DNA of 63,191 bases, counting the filler, from Theionarchaea archaeon (GTDB lineage Archaea; Methanobacteriota_B; Thermococci; Methanofastidiosales; SZ-28-30): the NCBI GenBank assembly GCA_018992565.1. It is 10 parts of 10 records of this genome, joined end to end, with 100 filler letters (N's around TTAATTAATTAA, not from the genome) between each part and the next. Parts side by side here need not be neighbours in the genome. Positions count along the whole stretch, not along the records: positions 38,029 to 51,407 come from JACVGW010000073.1; 9 more parts are not named here. One strand, 5' to 3'. A program made the position numbers and the translations under genes. Within the stretch, counting starts at the first letter, position 1. The number at the start of each line of letters is the position of its first letter. Below are positions 41,018-50,311 of this stretch, in pieces. The notes under the pieces were generated by a model. The model was given only the letters and a program-made list of their open reading frames with translations, was not told the DNA's origin and did not search any database.

Positions 41018-41199
41018 AACCCCAGAATATCCACACCTACAAGTCTCAGGACAATCTCAAGGACAACAAGCGCTGCTGCTGCAATGATAATGTAAAGAGG
41101 CTTCAATTTGAACCCTCTGGTATCTTCGTCGAAATAACGAATTAACCCTGCACCAGTGGGGGGGAGTGCACCGCCTTCTGCACGTTTTCTCTTTGGCAT
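41014..41199 (-). CDS. secG: Preprotein translocase subunit Sec61-beta (archaeal SecG)
   Basis: PPTGAGLIRYFDED followed by a single C-terminal TM. Confidence 0.9.
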   Translation of the reverse strand: MPKRKRAEGGALPPTGAGLIRYFDEDTRGFKLKPLYIIIAAAALVVLEIVLRLVGVDILGF

Positions 41200-41359
41200 A
41201 GAAACATGTGCGCCACACGATTTATAAACCTTTTGCATCGTTCCCTTTCTGTTCCTACTGGTAGTGAGTACCACATTGCATCAATTTTCAGCCTATTATT
41301 TATTGTTATTTGTGAGAATAACTTTTTTACCCAAAAATATTTATATCTATTAGAAATCG

Positions 41360-41372
41360 AAACATTTATATA
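41360..41372 (+). promoter_or_regulatory. BRE/TATA promoter of precursor peptide 1
   Basis: AAACATTTATATA, 34 nt before the ATG; identical copy at 41661-41673. Confidence 0.7.
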
Positions 41373-41406
41373 GATGAGACAGATGGGAAGAGAGAGGTGA
41401 GATTCA

Positions 41407-41496
41407 ATGAAATCATTTCAGCCTGAATTCCTGGTAGACAGCGAACAGGCCGTTATTGTCAAGAAATGGCCCATACCTTCAATAATCGTACCGTGA
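41407..41496 (+). CDS. Putative RiPP precursor 1 (MKSFQPEFLVDSEQAVIVKKWPIPSIIVP, 29 aa)
   Basis: GAGGTGA RBS 6 nt upstream, own promoter and terminator, paralog of 41705-41797, upstream of rSAM genes. Confidence 0.8.
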   Translation: MKSFQPEFLVDSEQAVIVKKWPIPSIIVP

Positions 41497-41512
41497 GTTC
41501 TCAGAAAGTGAA

Positions 41513-41545
41513 CAGGGTCGTACCCCTGCTTTCTTTCTTTTTTCC
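41513..41545 (+). terminator. Hairpin plus U-tract after precursor 1
   Basis: CAGGG-TCGTAC-CCCTG followed by CTTTCTTTCTTTTT. Confidence 0.6.
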
Positions 41546-41660
41546 GGGCTGCATATGTTGTCGATCATTATTCGCCCTCTCCGAATTCCTATTCCTAGCC
41601 CTGCTGCAGAGAGGAAAGATGTTCTTTTTACTCATATCTCTGACATTTGTTCAATTTACA

Positions 41661-41673
41661 AAACATTTATATA
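41661..41673 (+). promoter_or_regulatory. BRE/TATA promoter of precursor 2 and the rSAM operon
   Basis: AAACATTTATATA, 31 nt before the ATG. Confidence 0.7.
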
Positions 41674-41704
41674 CTCTCAGGACATACCGCAGTGAGGTGA
41701 GACC

Positions 41705-41797
41705 ATGAAAGATGTGTTTATGCCTGAATTCATGGCACTGAACATGCAGTCTACTACGGCTATGATCAAGCCACTACCTTCGTTGCCTGCATACTAA
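41705..41797 (+). CDS. Putative RiPP precursor 2 (MKDVFMPEFMALNMQSTTAMIKPLPSLPAY, 30 aa)
   Basis: GAGGTGA RBS 4 nt upstream; stop 12 nt before the rSAM start; paralog of precursor 1. Confidence 0.8.
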   Translation: MKDVFMPEFMALNMQSTTAMIKPLPSLPAY

Positions 41798-41809
41798 GGT
41801 GGATTGTAC

Positions 41810-42865
41810 ATGAGCGAAGCTATTGATTCTCAGGGTGTGCACCAGCATGCCCTGAGGTTTTTTGAAGAGAAAGTGACCTTCCTCTTTCATATTACTGACT
41901 GGTGTAACCTCAACTGCCAGCATTGTTTCATCAATGCTCATCATACCCCTGTCCATCAGTTTACTGTGGAAGAGGTTTCATCTATCATTCGGGACATGAA
42001 AAAGTTGAAGACAACCCGAATAGCGTTTTCAGGTGGAGAACCCACGCTGCACCCGGATCTTCCTGGTATTCTGGAGGTAGCAGTTGAGGAAGGATTTGCC
42101 CCTGATTTTGTATCTAATGGAACTCTCATCACGGAAGAACTGGCAGAAAAGGTTCAGAACCTGGTGAGGTGCGTCCTCATCAGTGTGGACGGTCCTGAGG
42201 AATACCATGATTCTTTTCGGGGAATGAGAGGTGCTTTCAAGAAGGCCATGGAAGGTATTAAAGCTCTGAAGAAGATGGATGTTCCTTTTGCCCTTCAATT
42301 TACCGTAACAAAAGAGAGCTTTCCGTACGTGGACTGGATTGCCCAGAAAGCTTCCGATATGGGAGCAGAGAGCCTGAAATTGGAGCCATTGTTTGCAGGG
42401 GGAAGAGCCCGTGAGATTGCATCCTCCTGTCTCAGCGAGAAGGAAATTGATGAACTGGCTGAAATCACCACGAAGCTGTACGGGAAGTACCTTGCCACTA
42501 CCAGTGTTTACATGGGCATCAACAGCAAGAAGGTACTGACAGAACACCCGTGCAATGCCTATGCCTGCTTCGGCTCTAAATGTCACAGGCATGCTGAGAA
42601 TGATCCCCGGGAGATCATCATTCTTCCTGATGGGAATATGGTGCCTGTGGACAGCTGTCTCCATCCTCGATTGTACATGGGGAATGTCAAGGAGACGTCT
42701 TTAATGGACGTGGTGCAGGCGTATTTTGACAGTCCTCAGCAGAATGCATTCCTTGCTCTCTGTAAGAAGGTCTTTGACCAGCAGGTGGTGTCCTACCCCT
42801 ATGAGGCTATCCCCTGGTCTCAAATGCTGGCTGCTGCAAGCTGGGAGGAAGAGTATGCCCAGTGA
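41810..42865 (+). CDS. Radical SAM enzyme with atypical SPASM/twitch-like C-terminus
   Basis: CNLNCQHC, FSGGEP, SVDG...HD..RG; C-terminal C-x4-C-x4-C and ILPDGNMVP, MGNV. Confidence 0.9.
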   Translation: MSEAIDSQGVHQHALRFFEEKVTFLFHITDWCNLNCQHCFINAHHTPVHQFTVEEVSSIIRDMKKLKTTRIAFSGGEPTLHPDLPGILEVAVEEGFAPDFVSNGTLITEELAEKVQNLVRCVLISVDGPEEYHDSFRGMRGAFKKAMEGIKALKKMDVPFALQFTVTKESFPYVDWIAQKASDMGAESLKLEPLFAGGRAREIASSCLSEKEIDELAEITTKLYGKYLATTSVYMGINSKKVLTEHPCNAYACFGSKCHRHAENDPREIIILPDGNMVPVDSCLHPRLYMGNVKETSLMDVVQAYFDSPQQNAFLALCKKVFDQQVVSYPYEAIPWSQMLAAASWEEEYAQ

Positions 42866-44394
42866 GAAGGAGTTCCTGGTGAGTTCTGGCTCTCTCGTCA
42901 TCAAGAAACAGAAGGGAGGGAGCTACCTGGTAAAGGACTTGAAGCAGAGAATTCAGGGGAAAGGGAATGAGGATTTGAAGGAGTTACTTGTCATGTGCGA
43001 TGGTACCAGGACGGAGGATGACGTGGTACGGGAACTGTGCAGGCTCTACAGTGAACCTGAAAAAGAGGTGGGCAAGAAGGCGTCAAAGTCAATTGCCTTT
43101 CTGCGTGATTTACATTTCCTGGGGAGTTCTCATGAGCCGCTTCACACGCCTGTTATCGTCAGGGACAGTGACATGGAGTGGCCTGTTGACGTTGCATACC
43201 TGGAGGTCACCAATGCCTGTAATTTGAAGTGCGTGCACTGCTACAAGGAAGCAGGTCTACCACGTGGTGAGGAACTGGGTACAGAAGACTGGGTCTCTCT
43301 CATTGATGAACTGGCCTCTCTGGGTGTGGTGAGTATTGCTGTTACTGGAGGGGAGCCTCTGCTGNNNNNNNNNNNNNNNNNNNNNNNNNNNNNNNNNNNN
43401 NNNNNNNNNNNNNNNNNNNNNNNNNNNNNNNNNNNNNNNNNNNNNNNNNNNNNNNNNNNNNNNNGGTGAGGAACTGGGTACAGAAGACTGGGTCTCTCTC
43501 ATTGATGAACTGGCCTCTCTGGGTGTGGTGAGTATTGCTGTTACTGGAGGGGAGCCTCTGCTGCGCGAAGATATCTTTGATATTCTGGAATGTATTGTGG
43601 ACAATGTTATTGGATTGAATTTATTCACCAATGGTACCCTCCTGACTGAAGATACTGTTTCACGGCTAAAGGATCTGAACCCTGAAAAAGTCATGGTAAG
43701 TGTTGATGGCATGAAGGAAACTCACCAGAAGATCAGGGGTGAGAATACCTATGACAGGACACTCAAGGGTATTACCCGGCTGATCAACGACGGGATACCA
43801 GTTCGCTCCAACACAGTGGTGCACAGCGAGAATGTAGGAGAGCTTTCTGACATTATCCAGGTGCTGGTGGATTTAGGGGTAAGAGAGATGGTCTTTGACC
43901 AGTTCATGGAAGCAGGGAGAGGCAGAGAACACGGAAATCTCATTCCTGCTCTGGAAATGGGTGAAAAGGTATCACAACAGTGTCGGGCTTTTGAGGAAAA
44001 GACGCCTCAGCGTATAGAGCTTAAATTCACCTCAGAAATGCAGAATACAGAATCATCCTACTCCTTCTGTGGAGTGGGAACATCTATGCTCACGGTGACT
44101 GCATATGGCGATGTGGTACTGTGCCCTGTGCTGAGCAGTCCTGAGCATACTGCTGGAAATCTGAAAGACGAATCACTGGAGTCTTTATGGATGAACAGCC
44201 CGGTCTTTGACCCCTTCAGGCAATGCACGCCGGAGAATATGGTGTGCGGAACCTGTCCACACGTCACGGAATGCAGAGGGGGATGCAAGGCCCGTGTGCT
44301 GCACTATTATAACAAGGTATGCATGCCAGACCCCTGGATGTGTGCCACCCGAGGACAGCCGTGGCCAGAACAGCCAGTACCCCAATCAACATGA
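42855..44394 (+). CDS. RRE(PqqD)-radical SAM-SPASM peptide maturase; about 446 aa after collapsing the artefactual gap
   Basis: N-terminal LVMCDGTRTEDDVVREL PqqD-like domain; CNLKCVHC; TGGEP; SPASM CGVG..GDVVLC..CGTC..ECRGGC; 43266-43364 duplicated at 43465-43563 across 100 N. Confidence 0.88.
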
Positions 44395-44443
44395 AGGCGT
44401 GTTGGGATCAGGTACTCATTGTCTTACAAGATGGGCTACAGGG

Positions 44444-45769
44444 TTACCTGTGCTGTGAACTGTACTCTACCATGTGTGCCAGAGCGCGGACTGCTCTCTG
44501 AACGCTTCTGTAACAGGGGAATTTCTGACCTTCCAGCTTCTTGAGTGCGGAAAATCCCAGTTCTCTGTCTCCTTCTACTGCAATGAGCACTGGTTTTTTT
44601 CCGTAGAACTCTTCCATGTCCGGCCATTCAAGAGGGAATCCTTTCATGCATCCCACAGCCAGGATCACAGCATCTACGCCCTCATCCTCAATGAGTGACT
44701 TCACAATGGTGGAAAAGGCCTTATCTGCTCCAGCTGACTCGATGGAAGGCCATAGATCCACGGGGTTCCTGAGGGTATGCCAGGCAGGTGTTATCCTGTG
44801 CAGGGGAACCAAGGTTTTTTCTGCAAGATGAGCCATTTCAAGTCCATGTTCCACAATACTGTCAGCCCCCATGACACAGCCTGCCCCTGTATAGTGAACG
44901 AGAGCTGTTCTTTTCCCCCTGGGTAGGGGCTGGAACGCGAATGCTTTGGCAGCTTCCACCAGTTCTTCCAGGTCGGCAGCTCTGATTATGCCTGCCTGTT
45001 TGCACATGGCAGAGAATAACTGGTCATTTCCCGATAGAGAAGCAGTATGAGAAATGGCAGCTCTTGATCCTTCTCCTGTCACTCCAGATTTTACCACCAG
45101 AACAGGTTTCTTCCGGGCTGCCTTCTTGGCCATTTCGTAGAATTCCCGTGCTTTTTTTAATCCTTCTATGTAGAAACAAATGATAGACGTCTTTTCGTCC
45201 TGAGCCAAGTACTCCATGACCTCAGAATCTTCTACATCCATCTTATTGCCCAGGCCCACGACCTTGGAAATGCCGAAGTGCTCTTCTGACAGCAAAGTCT
45301 CCAGCAGGACTCCCAGGAAGAGCCCAGTCTGGGCGACAAAAGCCACATCACCTGGAGGTATGTCCTCGATGGGCACAAATGATGTGCAAAACCTGCTCTC
45401 ACTTGAGGTGATACCTGTGGTATTGGGGCCTATAATGCGGATGTGTGCCTTCTGGGCTATGGCCAGAACCTCGTCATGGAGGCGGTTTCCTTCTTCATTT
45501 CCTTCAGAAAACCCTGAAGAGATAATGACTGCATGCGTTACCTTTTTAGATTGAATGTCTCTCATGATCTCAGGTATAGCTGTAGAAGGAGTGGCAACCA
45601 CTGCCACATCCACAACTTCGGGAATGGATGAGACTGTAGGGTAACATTTCATTTCAAAAACAGTATCTGCCTTGGGGTTTACAGGGTATATCCTGCCTTT
45701 GTATCCCAGGTTGAGCAAGTTCAGCAGTATGACATTCCCAGCCTTCCCAAAGGTTCTGGAAGCACCCAC
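44444..45769 (-). CDS. ADP-forming acyl-CoA synthetase alpha-type, CoA-binding protein (5' end in gap)
   Basis: VGAS...KAGN, YPVNP, IIGPNT, GLGNKMDV, AAISHTASL, NPVDL. Confidence 0.88.
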   Translation of the reverse strand: MGASRTFGKAGNVILLNLLNLGYKGRIYPVNPKADTVFEMKCYPTVSSIPEVVDVAVVATPSTAIPEIMRDIQSKKVTHAVIISSGFSEGNEEGNRLHDEVLAIAQKAHIRIIGPNTTGITSSESRFCTSFVPIEDIPPGDVAFVAQTGLFLGVLLETLLSEEHFGISKVVGLGNKMDVEDSEVMEYLAQDEKTSIICFYIEGLKKAREFYEMAKKAARKKPVLVVKSGVTGEGSRAAISHTASLSGNDQLFSAMCKQAGIIRAADLEELVEAAKAFAFQPLPRGKRTALVHYTGAGCVMGADSIVEHGLEMAHLAEKTLVPLHRITPAWHTLRNPVDLWPSIESAGADKAFSTIVKSLIEDEGVDAVILAVGCMKGFPLEWPDMEEFYGKKPVLIAVEGDRELGFSALKKLEGQKFPCYRSVQRAVRALAHMVEYSSQHR

Positions 45770-45869
45770 NNNNNNNNNNNNNNNNNNNNNNNNNNNNNNN
45801 NNNNNNNNNNNNNNNNNNNNNNNNNNNNNNNNNNNNNNNNNNNNNNNNNNNNNNNNNNNNNNNNNNNNN

Positions 45870-46474
45870 GCTGTCACACCCATCTGTTCTAGTGCCTGAA
45901 TTTCTGTCACCACCGTACCCAGTACAGGGAACAGCCCGACTGCCATCCCCATGGAGGATTCCACCCGGGTGAATCCGGTGAATGTCTTGGCTTTCCGCAC
46001 TGAAAATGGAACCAGTTTCTCCAGCCCCACAGGAATAACAAAGTGAATTCCTTTGGCATAGACTGCACCAATGACACTCCCTATAGTCCCGCCAACAGGA
46101 CTTCCCAGCAGGATCCCTGCTTCAAACTCGGGGTCAACAGCATTTGCTCCCTTGATAAATACATCGTGAGATCCCATGTCTTTAATTATATCTTTTGAGG
46201 CTATTTCTTGAGGAACACCTTGTATGTAGGCAATTTCTGGAAGTCTATTCTCTTCTGGAACCAGACATAGTCGTTCAGGTTCAATGCACCCAATGCAGTA
46301 CTCCTCTTTCTTGATTGGGCCTGAGAGCTCATCCACAATATACGAGGTGGTAGTTCCTCTGGTAATGCATACGATACCTTCTTGTAATGCGTGCTTTACG
46401 TGGGGAAGCTGGACCACAGCCTTGGCAATCAGTCGTCTGGCTTCCCAGGGGGTTAAAATGATCTGAGAGAGCAT
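45870..46474 (-). CDS. Conserved hypothetical protein (3' end in gap)
   Basis: LTPWEARRLIAKAV, GTTT, DVFIKGANAVD, GGTIG, IPVGLEKLVP look like a conserved fold. Confidence 0.65.
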
Positions 46475-46532
46475 AGTTGTGGGTAATTGGAAAGGCTTTT
46501 AAACTTTTACCTGAACAAAGGGTATGCGAACT

Positions 46533-46670
46533 ATGGGAGAAATCATGGACAAAATTGATACAATGCAGAAGGAACGTATGCCCCACTGGCTGCAGAAGAA
46601 AGAACTGCAACACGATGTGATTGAGAAAGATTTGAAGGAGTTCGCCCGCTGGCTTCTGGAAGAAGACTGA
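46533..46670 (+). CDS. Putative 45-aa small protein
   Basis: MGEIMDKIDTMQKERMPHWLQKKELQHDVIEKDLKEFARWLLEED; TTTTAAA about 30 nt upstream; helical composition. Confidence 0.5.
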   Translation: MGEIMDKIDTMQKERMPHWLQKKELQHDVIEKDLKEFARWLLEED

Positions 46671-46802
46671 GAGTCAACCTGAACATGGGTTCTGCAACGA
46701 GATTCCTCACGACCTGAAACGTCACACGAAGGTCTCCTACGAGAATACAGTCATCTGGATCCTGGACCACCCCTGCCAAGAACCTCAAAAAAAGGAGAAA
46801 AA

Positions 46803-48092
46803 TTAGGGGTAGTACCTCCGCGGCGTTCTGGGAAAGGGTATAACGTCTCTGATGTGTTCCAGGTTGAGCATCCACTTGAGCAATCGTTCTGTTCCCAGCC
46901 CAAATCCTGAATGAGGAACACTCCCGTATTTCCTCAAGTCGATGTACCACTCGTAGGCAGCAGGGTCCATATCCTGTTCTTCCATCCGTTGCACCAGTTC
47001 ATCGTAGTCATGTATTCTCTGAGAACCTCCTATCAACTCTGAGTGACCCTCTGGTGCCAGTAGATCATCGTTCAGCACGTATTCATCGTTCTGGGGATCG
47101 AGTTTCATGTAGAATGGCTTTGCTGTTCTGGGCCATCTCCATACGAACAACGGTTTGTCCAATCCTTCAGTGAGTGCGTATTCATCCTCAGTTCCCAGGT
47201 CATCTCCCCATTCTTTCTCTATGCCAGCGTCTGCCAGCTTCTCCAGTGCTTTATCATAGGTCAACCGGTAGAAAGGAGGGCTCACGTTCTTCAGGTACCC
47301 AGGGTCTCTCCCCAGTTCCTTCACCAGGGCCCCCTGCTGATCAGCCATCCTCTGGCATACATAGCTTACCATGTTCTCCTGGAATTTCATGTTGTCCTCG
47401 TTATCATAGTAGGCAGCTTCCTGTTCCAGGTGCCAGTATTCTGTCACATGTTTCGGAGTTCTGGATTTCTCTGCTCTGAATGAGGGGGTGAAGGCATACA
47501 CCTTTTCCAGCGAGAGGATCAACACCTCAAGGTAGAGCTGGGCAGACTGGGACAGGTACACAGTATCCCCGTAGTAGTCCAGGCCAAACAGGGTAGAACC
47601 ACCTTCACATCCAGCGACTGTCAGAATGGGGGGGTAAACTTCCCAGAACCTGTCGTCGTTGAAGAATTCCCTCAAATATTCAAGAAGGTAATGTCGCGCC
47701 TTCATAATATTGGTCAACCTGATACTCCTCAGGTGCAAATGTCTGTAGTCCAGGAGGACTTCAAGTCCTGTATCCTCTTGAAGGGGGAATTCTTGAGAGG
47801 GGCTCAAGCTATTGAAGTTGCTCACCCGGACTTCTATGCCAGCAGGAGCTCTCCTGTCCTCAACCACCACTCCCTTCACTGTGACGACAGATTCCAGAGT
47901 GACGGCAGAGGCATTATTGAAGGGTTCCTCTCCACACTGGTCTTTCTTAATTGATGCCTGGACTATTCCTGTGGAGTCTCTGAGCACCAGAAACAGCAGA
48001 CTACCATGAGTCCTCTTCCGGTGCACCCAGGCGGTTAACTCCACTGCTTGTCCAATCTTGTTCCTCAGATCTTGGATGTACAACTTTTTCAT
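46803..48092 (-). CDS. asnS: Asparagine--tRNA ligase
   Basis: LRDSTG, LSQSAQLYLE, FRAEKSRT, WYIDLRKYGSVPHSGFGLG. Confidence 0.9.
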   Translation of the reverse strand: MKKLYIQDLRNKIGQAVELTAWVHRKRTHGSLLFLVLRDSTGIVQASIKKDQCGEEPFNNASAVTLESVVTVKGVVVEDRRAPAGIEVRVSNFNSLSPSQEFPLQEDTGLEVLLDYRHLHLRSIRLTNIMKARHYLLEYLREFFNDDRFWEVYPPILTVAGCEGGSTLFGLDYYGDTVYLSQSAQLYLEVLILSLEKVYAFTPSFRAEKSRTPKHVTEYWHLEQEAAYYDNEDNMKFQENMVSYVCQRMADQQGALVKELGRDPGYLKNVSPPFYRLTYDKALEKLADAGIEKEWGDDLGTEDEYALTEGLDKPLFVWRWPRTAKPFYMKLDPQNDEYVLNDDLLAPEGHSELIGGSQRIHDYDELVQRMEEQDMDPAAYEWYIDLRKYGSVPHSGFGLGTERLLKWMLNLEHIRDVIPFPRTPRRYYP

Positions 48093-48327
48093 AGCTCTCA
48101 CCTATTTTTTGACCACCTATTCTTCCGTCCGTAATAAAGGTTTTGGGTTCTTCTGGTTAACCCAGGCGGAGCAGGGTCTTTTCTTGGGTTATCTCCTGCA
48201 AGATCGGAACATTACTGGTGCACTTCCAGGAGTACAGGTGTTCTCCTGCGAAAAATCCAACCGAAAGTCCTTCATTTTGGTAGCATTTAAATATCACCGA
48301 ATCATAAGGAATCACAGGTGACGGCAC

Positions 48328-48912
48328 GTGAATATGTATGTGAGTATGGCAATCACAGCTATCGCAGCGGTAGGACTCCTGCTATGGACACTGCAATATA
48401 TCAGGAAGAGAGAGTCTCTCCGTTTTACTGATGACCTTGGTGCTTCTTATATTGTGAAAACGAAAGATACGAGAAAAGGATTTGAAGTCTATGAGAAAAT
48501 GAGGAAAAGGCAGCCCTCCAGGGGAATGATAATATCACGTACCTTCCCCGACAAGATTCGCCAGAAGTACAGGATGGACGAGGATGTTTTCTTGTGGCTG
48601 AGCCGTGAGAAGACAGAAGGCAGTATTGATCCTTCTGACCTGGAAAAGCTGGAGTTTTTTGTTCAAGAGTTTGTCTCTCACAATGAAAAGGCGGTTATCC
48701 TGCTGGATGGTGTAGAGTATATCGTCCTGCAGAATTCATTCGAGAGTACACTCAAATTCCTTCAGTCATTGAATGATCGGATTATCCTCAGCAGGGCAAT
48801 CCTTATCATACCGCTAAACCCTGCAGTCCTTGACAAGAAGCAGCTCTCTCTGCTTGAGAGAGAACTGGAAATACTGCAGGTGGACTATCGGTTGAACAAA
48901 TTCTTCGAGTAA
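48328..48912 (+). CDS. DUF835-domain protein with N-terminal TM
   Basis: ISRTFP, LWLS, IDPSDL, VILLDGVEY...NSFESTLKFL. Confidence 0.85.
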   Translation: MNMYVSMAITAIAAVGLLLWTLQYIRKRESLRFTDDLGASYIVKTKDTRKGFEVYEKMRKRQPSRGMIISRTFPDKIRQKYRMDEDVFLWLSREKTEGSIDPSDLEKLEFFVQEFVSHNEKAVILLDGVEYIVLQNSFESTLKFLQSLNDRIILSRAILIIPLNPAVLDKKQLSLLERELEILQVDYRLNKFFE

Positions 48913-49028
48913 TCCCTGCAGTGGTGGAGTGGGTTGAAGTATCAGGATATGCAGACTCTGATAAAAAAGGAAAGGAAATTCTTCGGGCAGGGTGCCTTAA
49001 CCCCAAGAATTAAAAAGGACTCCTTCAT

Positions 49029-50153
49029 ATGACAACCATGAGCTATCGCATAATTCTCCTGCCAGGTGACGGTGTGGGTCGTGAAGTCGTCAGGGAAGGG
49101 AAGAAAGTCCTGGACGCAGTTTCTGATCGTTACGGAATTTCTTTTGATTGTGCTTCATATTCCTGTGGCGGCCAGTACTATCTTGAGACTGGAAGAGAGT
49201 GGCCCGATGAGGCCTTTGAGGAGTGCAGGAAGGCAGATGCCATTTTGCTGGGGGCCATAGGGTGGCCCGGTGCAACGCTTCCTGATGGAAACCTTGCTGG
49301 AGCTGGCGTTGTTTTTGGACTGCGATTTGGACTTGATCTGTATGCTAATGTGAGGCCAACGAAGCTCTATCCTGGCGTCAGACACAGGATCTGTAATGAG
49401 TTTACTCAGGTGTGGAAGCCCGAGAGCGTCGATTTTGTCGTTGTCAGGGAAAACACTGAGGGCTGCTACACACCTACCCGGGGATTCCTCAGGAGAGGTG
49501 GAATAACAGAGCTGGCAGTGGATTCCAGAGTTATCACCAGAAAGGGCTGTGAAAGAGTAATCCGGTTTGCATTTAACCTGTGTATGAAACGAAGGGGAGC
49601 ACCGAAAGATGGAAAGCGGCGCGTGACCTGCGTGGACAAGAGCAATGTCATGAATGGGTGCCAGCTTTTCAGGCAGGTTTTTAATGAGATTGCCTCCGAT
49701 TACCCTGTTGAGAAGGATTATTCGTACATTGATGCTTTTACTCAGTGGATCATTCGAAACCCAGAATTCTATGATGTTGCTGTCACCTCCAATATGCTGG
49801 GCGATATTGCAACCGACCTGGCATCAGTATTGCAGGGAGGAATGGGAATGGCAGCCTCGGCCAACATTGGGGACACTCATGCCATGTTTGAGCCTGTTCA
49901 CGGGTCTGCTCCCAAGTACACGGGGCAGAACAAGGCAAACCCCATAGCAAGCATTCTTTCAGTCCAGATGATGCTTTCATATCTGGCAGAGAAGAAGACC
50001 GATAGCAGGTTGAAGGAAGCTTCAGAGGCTGTGGAGAACGCTGTGGGCTCTCTTTTGAAGAGAGGGAACACACTCACCTATGACCTGGGAGGAGAAGCCA
50101 CATGCTCCCAGGTGGGAGACGCAGTGGTTGAGAGTATCAATCATATTCCCTAG
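49029..50153 (+). CDS. Isocitrate/isopropylmalate/tartrate dehydrogenase family
   Basis: LPGDGVGREV, VRENTEG, VDKSNV, FEPVHGSAP. Confidence 0.92.
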   Translation: MTTMSYRIILLPGDGVGREVVREGKKVLDAVSDRYGISFDCASYSCGGQYYLETGREWPDEAFEECRKADAILLGAIGWPGATLPDGNLAGAGVVFGLRFGLDLYANVRPTKLYPGVRHRICNEFTQVWKPESVDFVVVRENTEGCYTPTRGFLRRGGITELAVDSRVITRKGCERVIRFAFNLCMKRRGAPKDGKRRVTCVDKSNVMNGCQLFRQVFNEIASDYPVEKDYSYIDAFTQWIIRNPEFYDVAVTSNMLGDIATDLASVLQGGMGMAASANIGDTHAMFEPVHGSAPKYTGQNKANPIASILSVQMMLSYLAEKKTDSRLKEASEAVENAVGSLLKRGNTLTYDLGGEATCSQVGDAVVESINHIP

Positions 50154-50311
50154 GTTTGATGAGCGAGGACAGCCTGCTGAACTGCCCCTGACGTATACGT
50201 GTTAGAATGGATCCAGTCATATAGAACCTCATGGAGTACCTCAATTCATGGGTGGTCTCTGACTACTGAGACATCACAATCTTTTTCAGATCTTAGTTCC
50301 TATATTCAATC

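Noticed and set aside
41466..41708. 80-aa ORF between the precursor peptides
   Set aside because: No RBS, overlaps precursor 1, and crosses a terminator and a promoter
43266..43563. Apparent split, frameshift or internal duplication of the second rSAM gene
   Set aside because: Exact 99-bp overlap across a scaffold gap; collapsing it restores a single frame of 447 codons
44444..46474. Apparent 676-aa fusion of a hypothetical protein with an acyl-CoA synthetase
   Set aside because: The frame runs through a 100-N gap of unknown true size; most likely two genes
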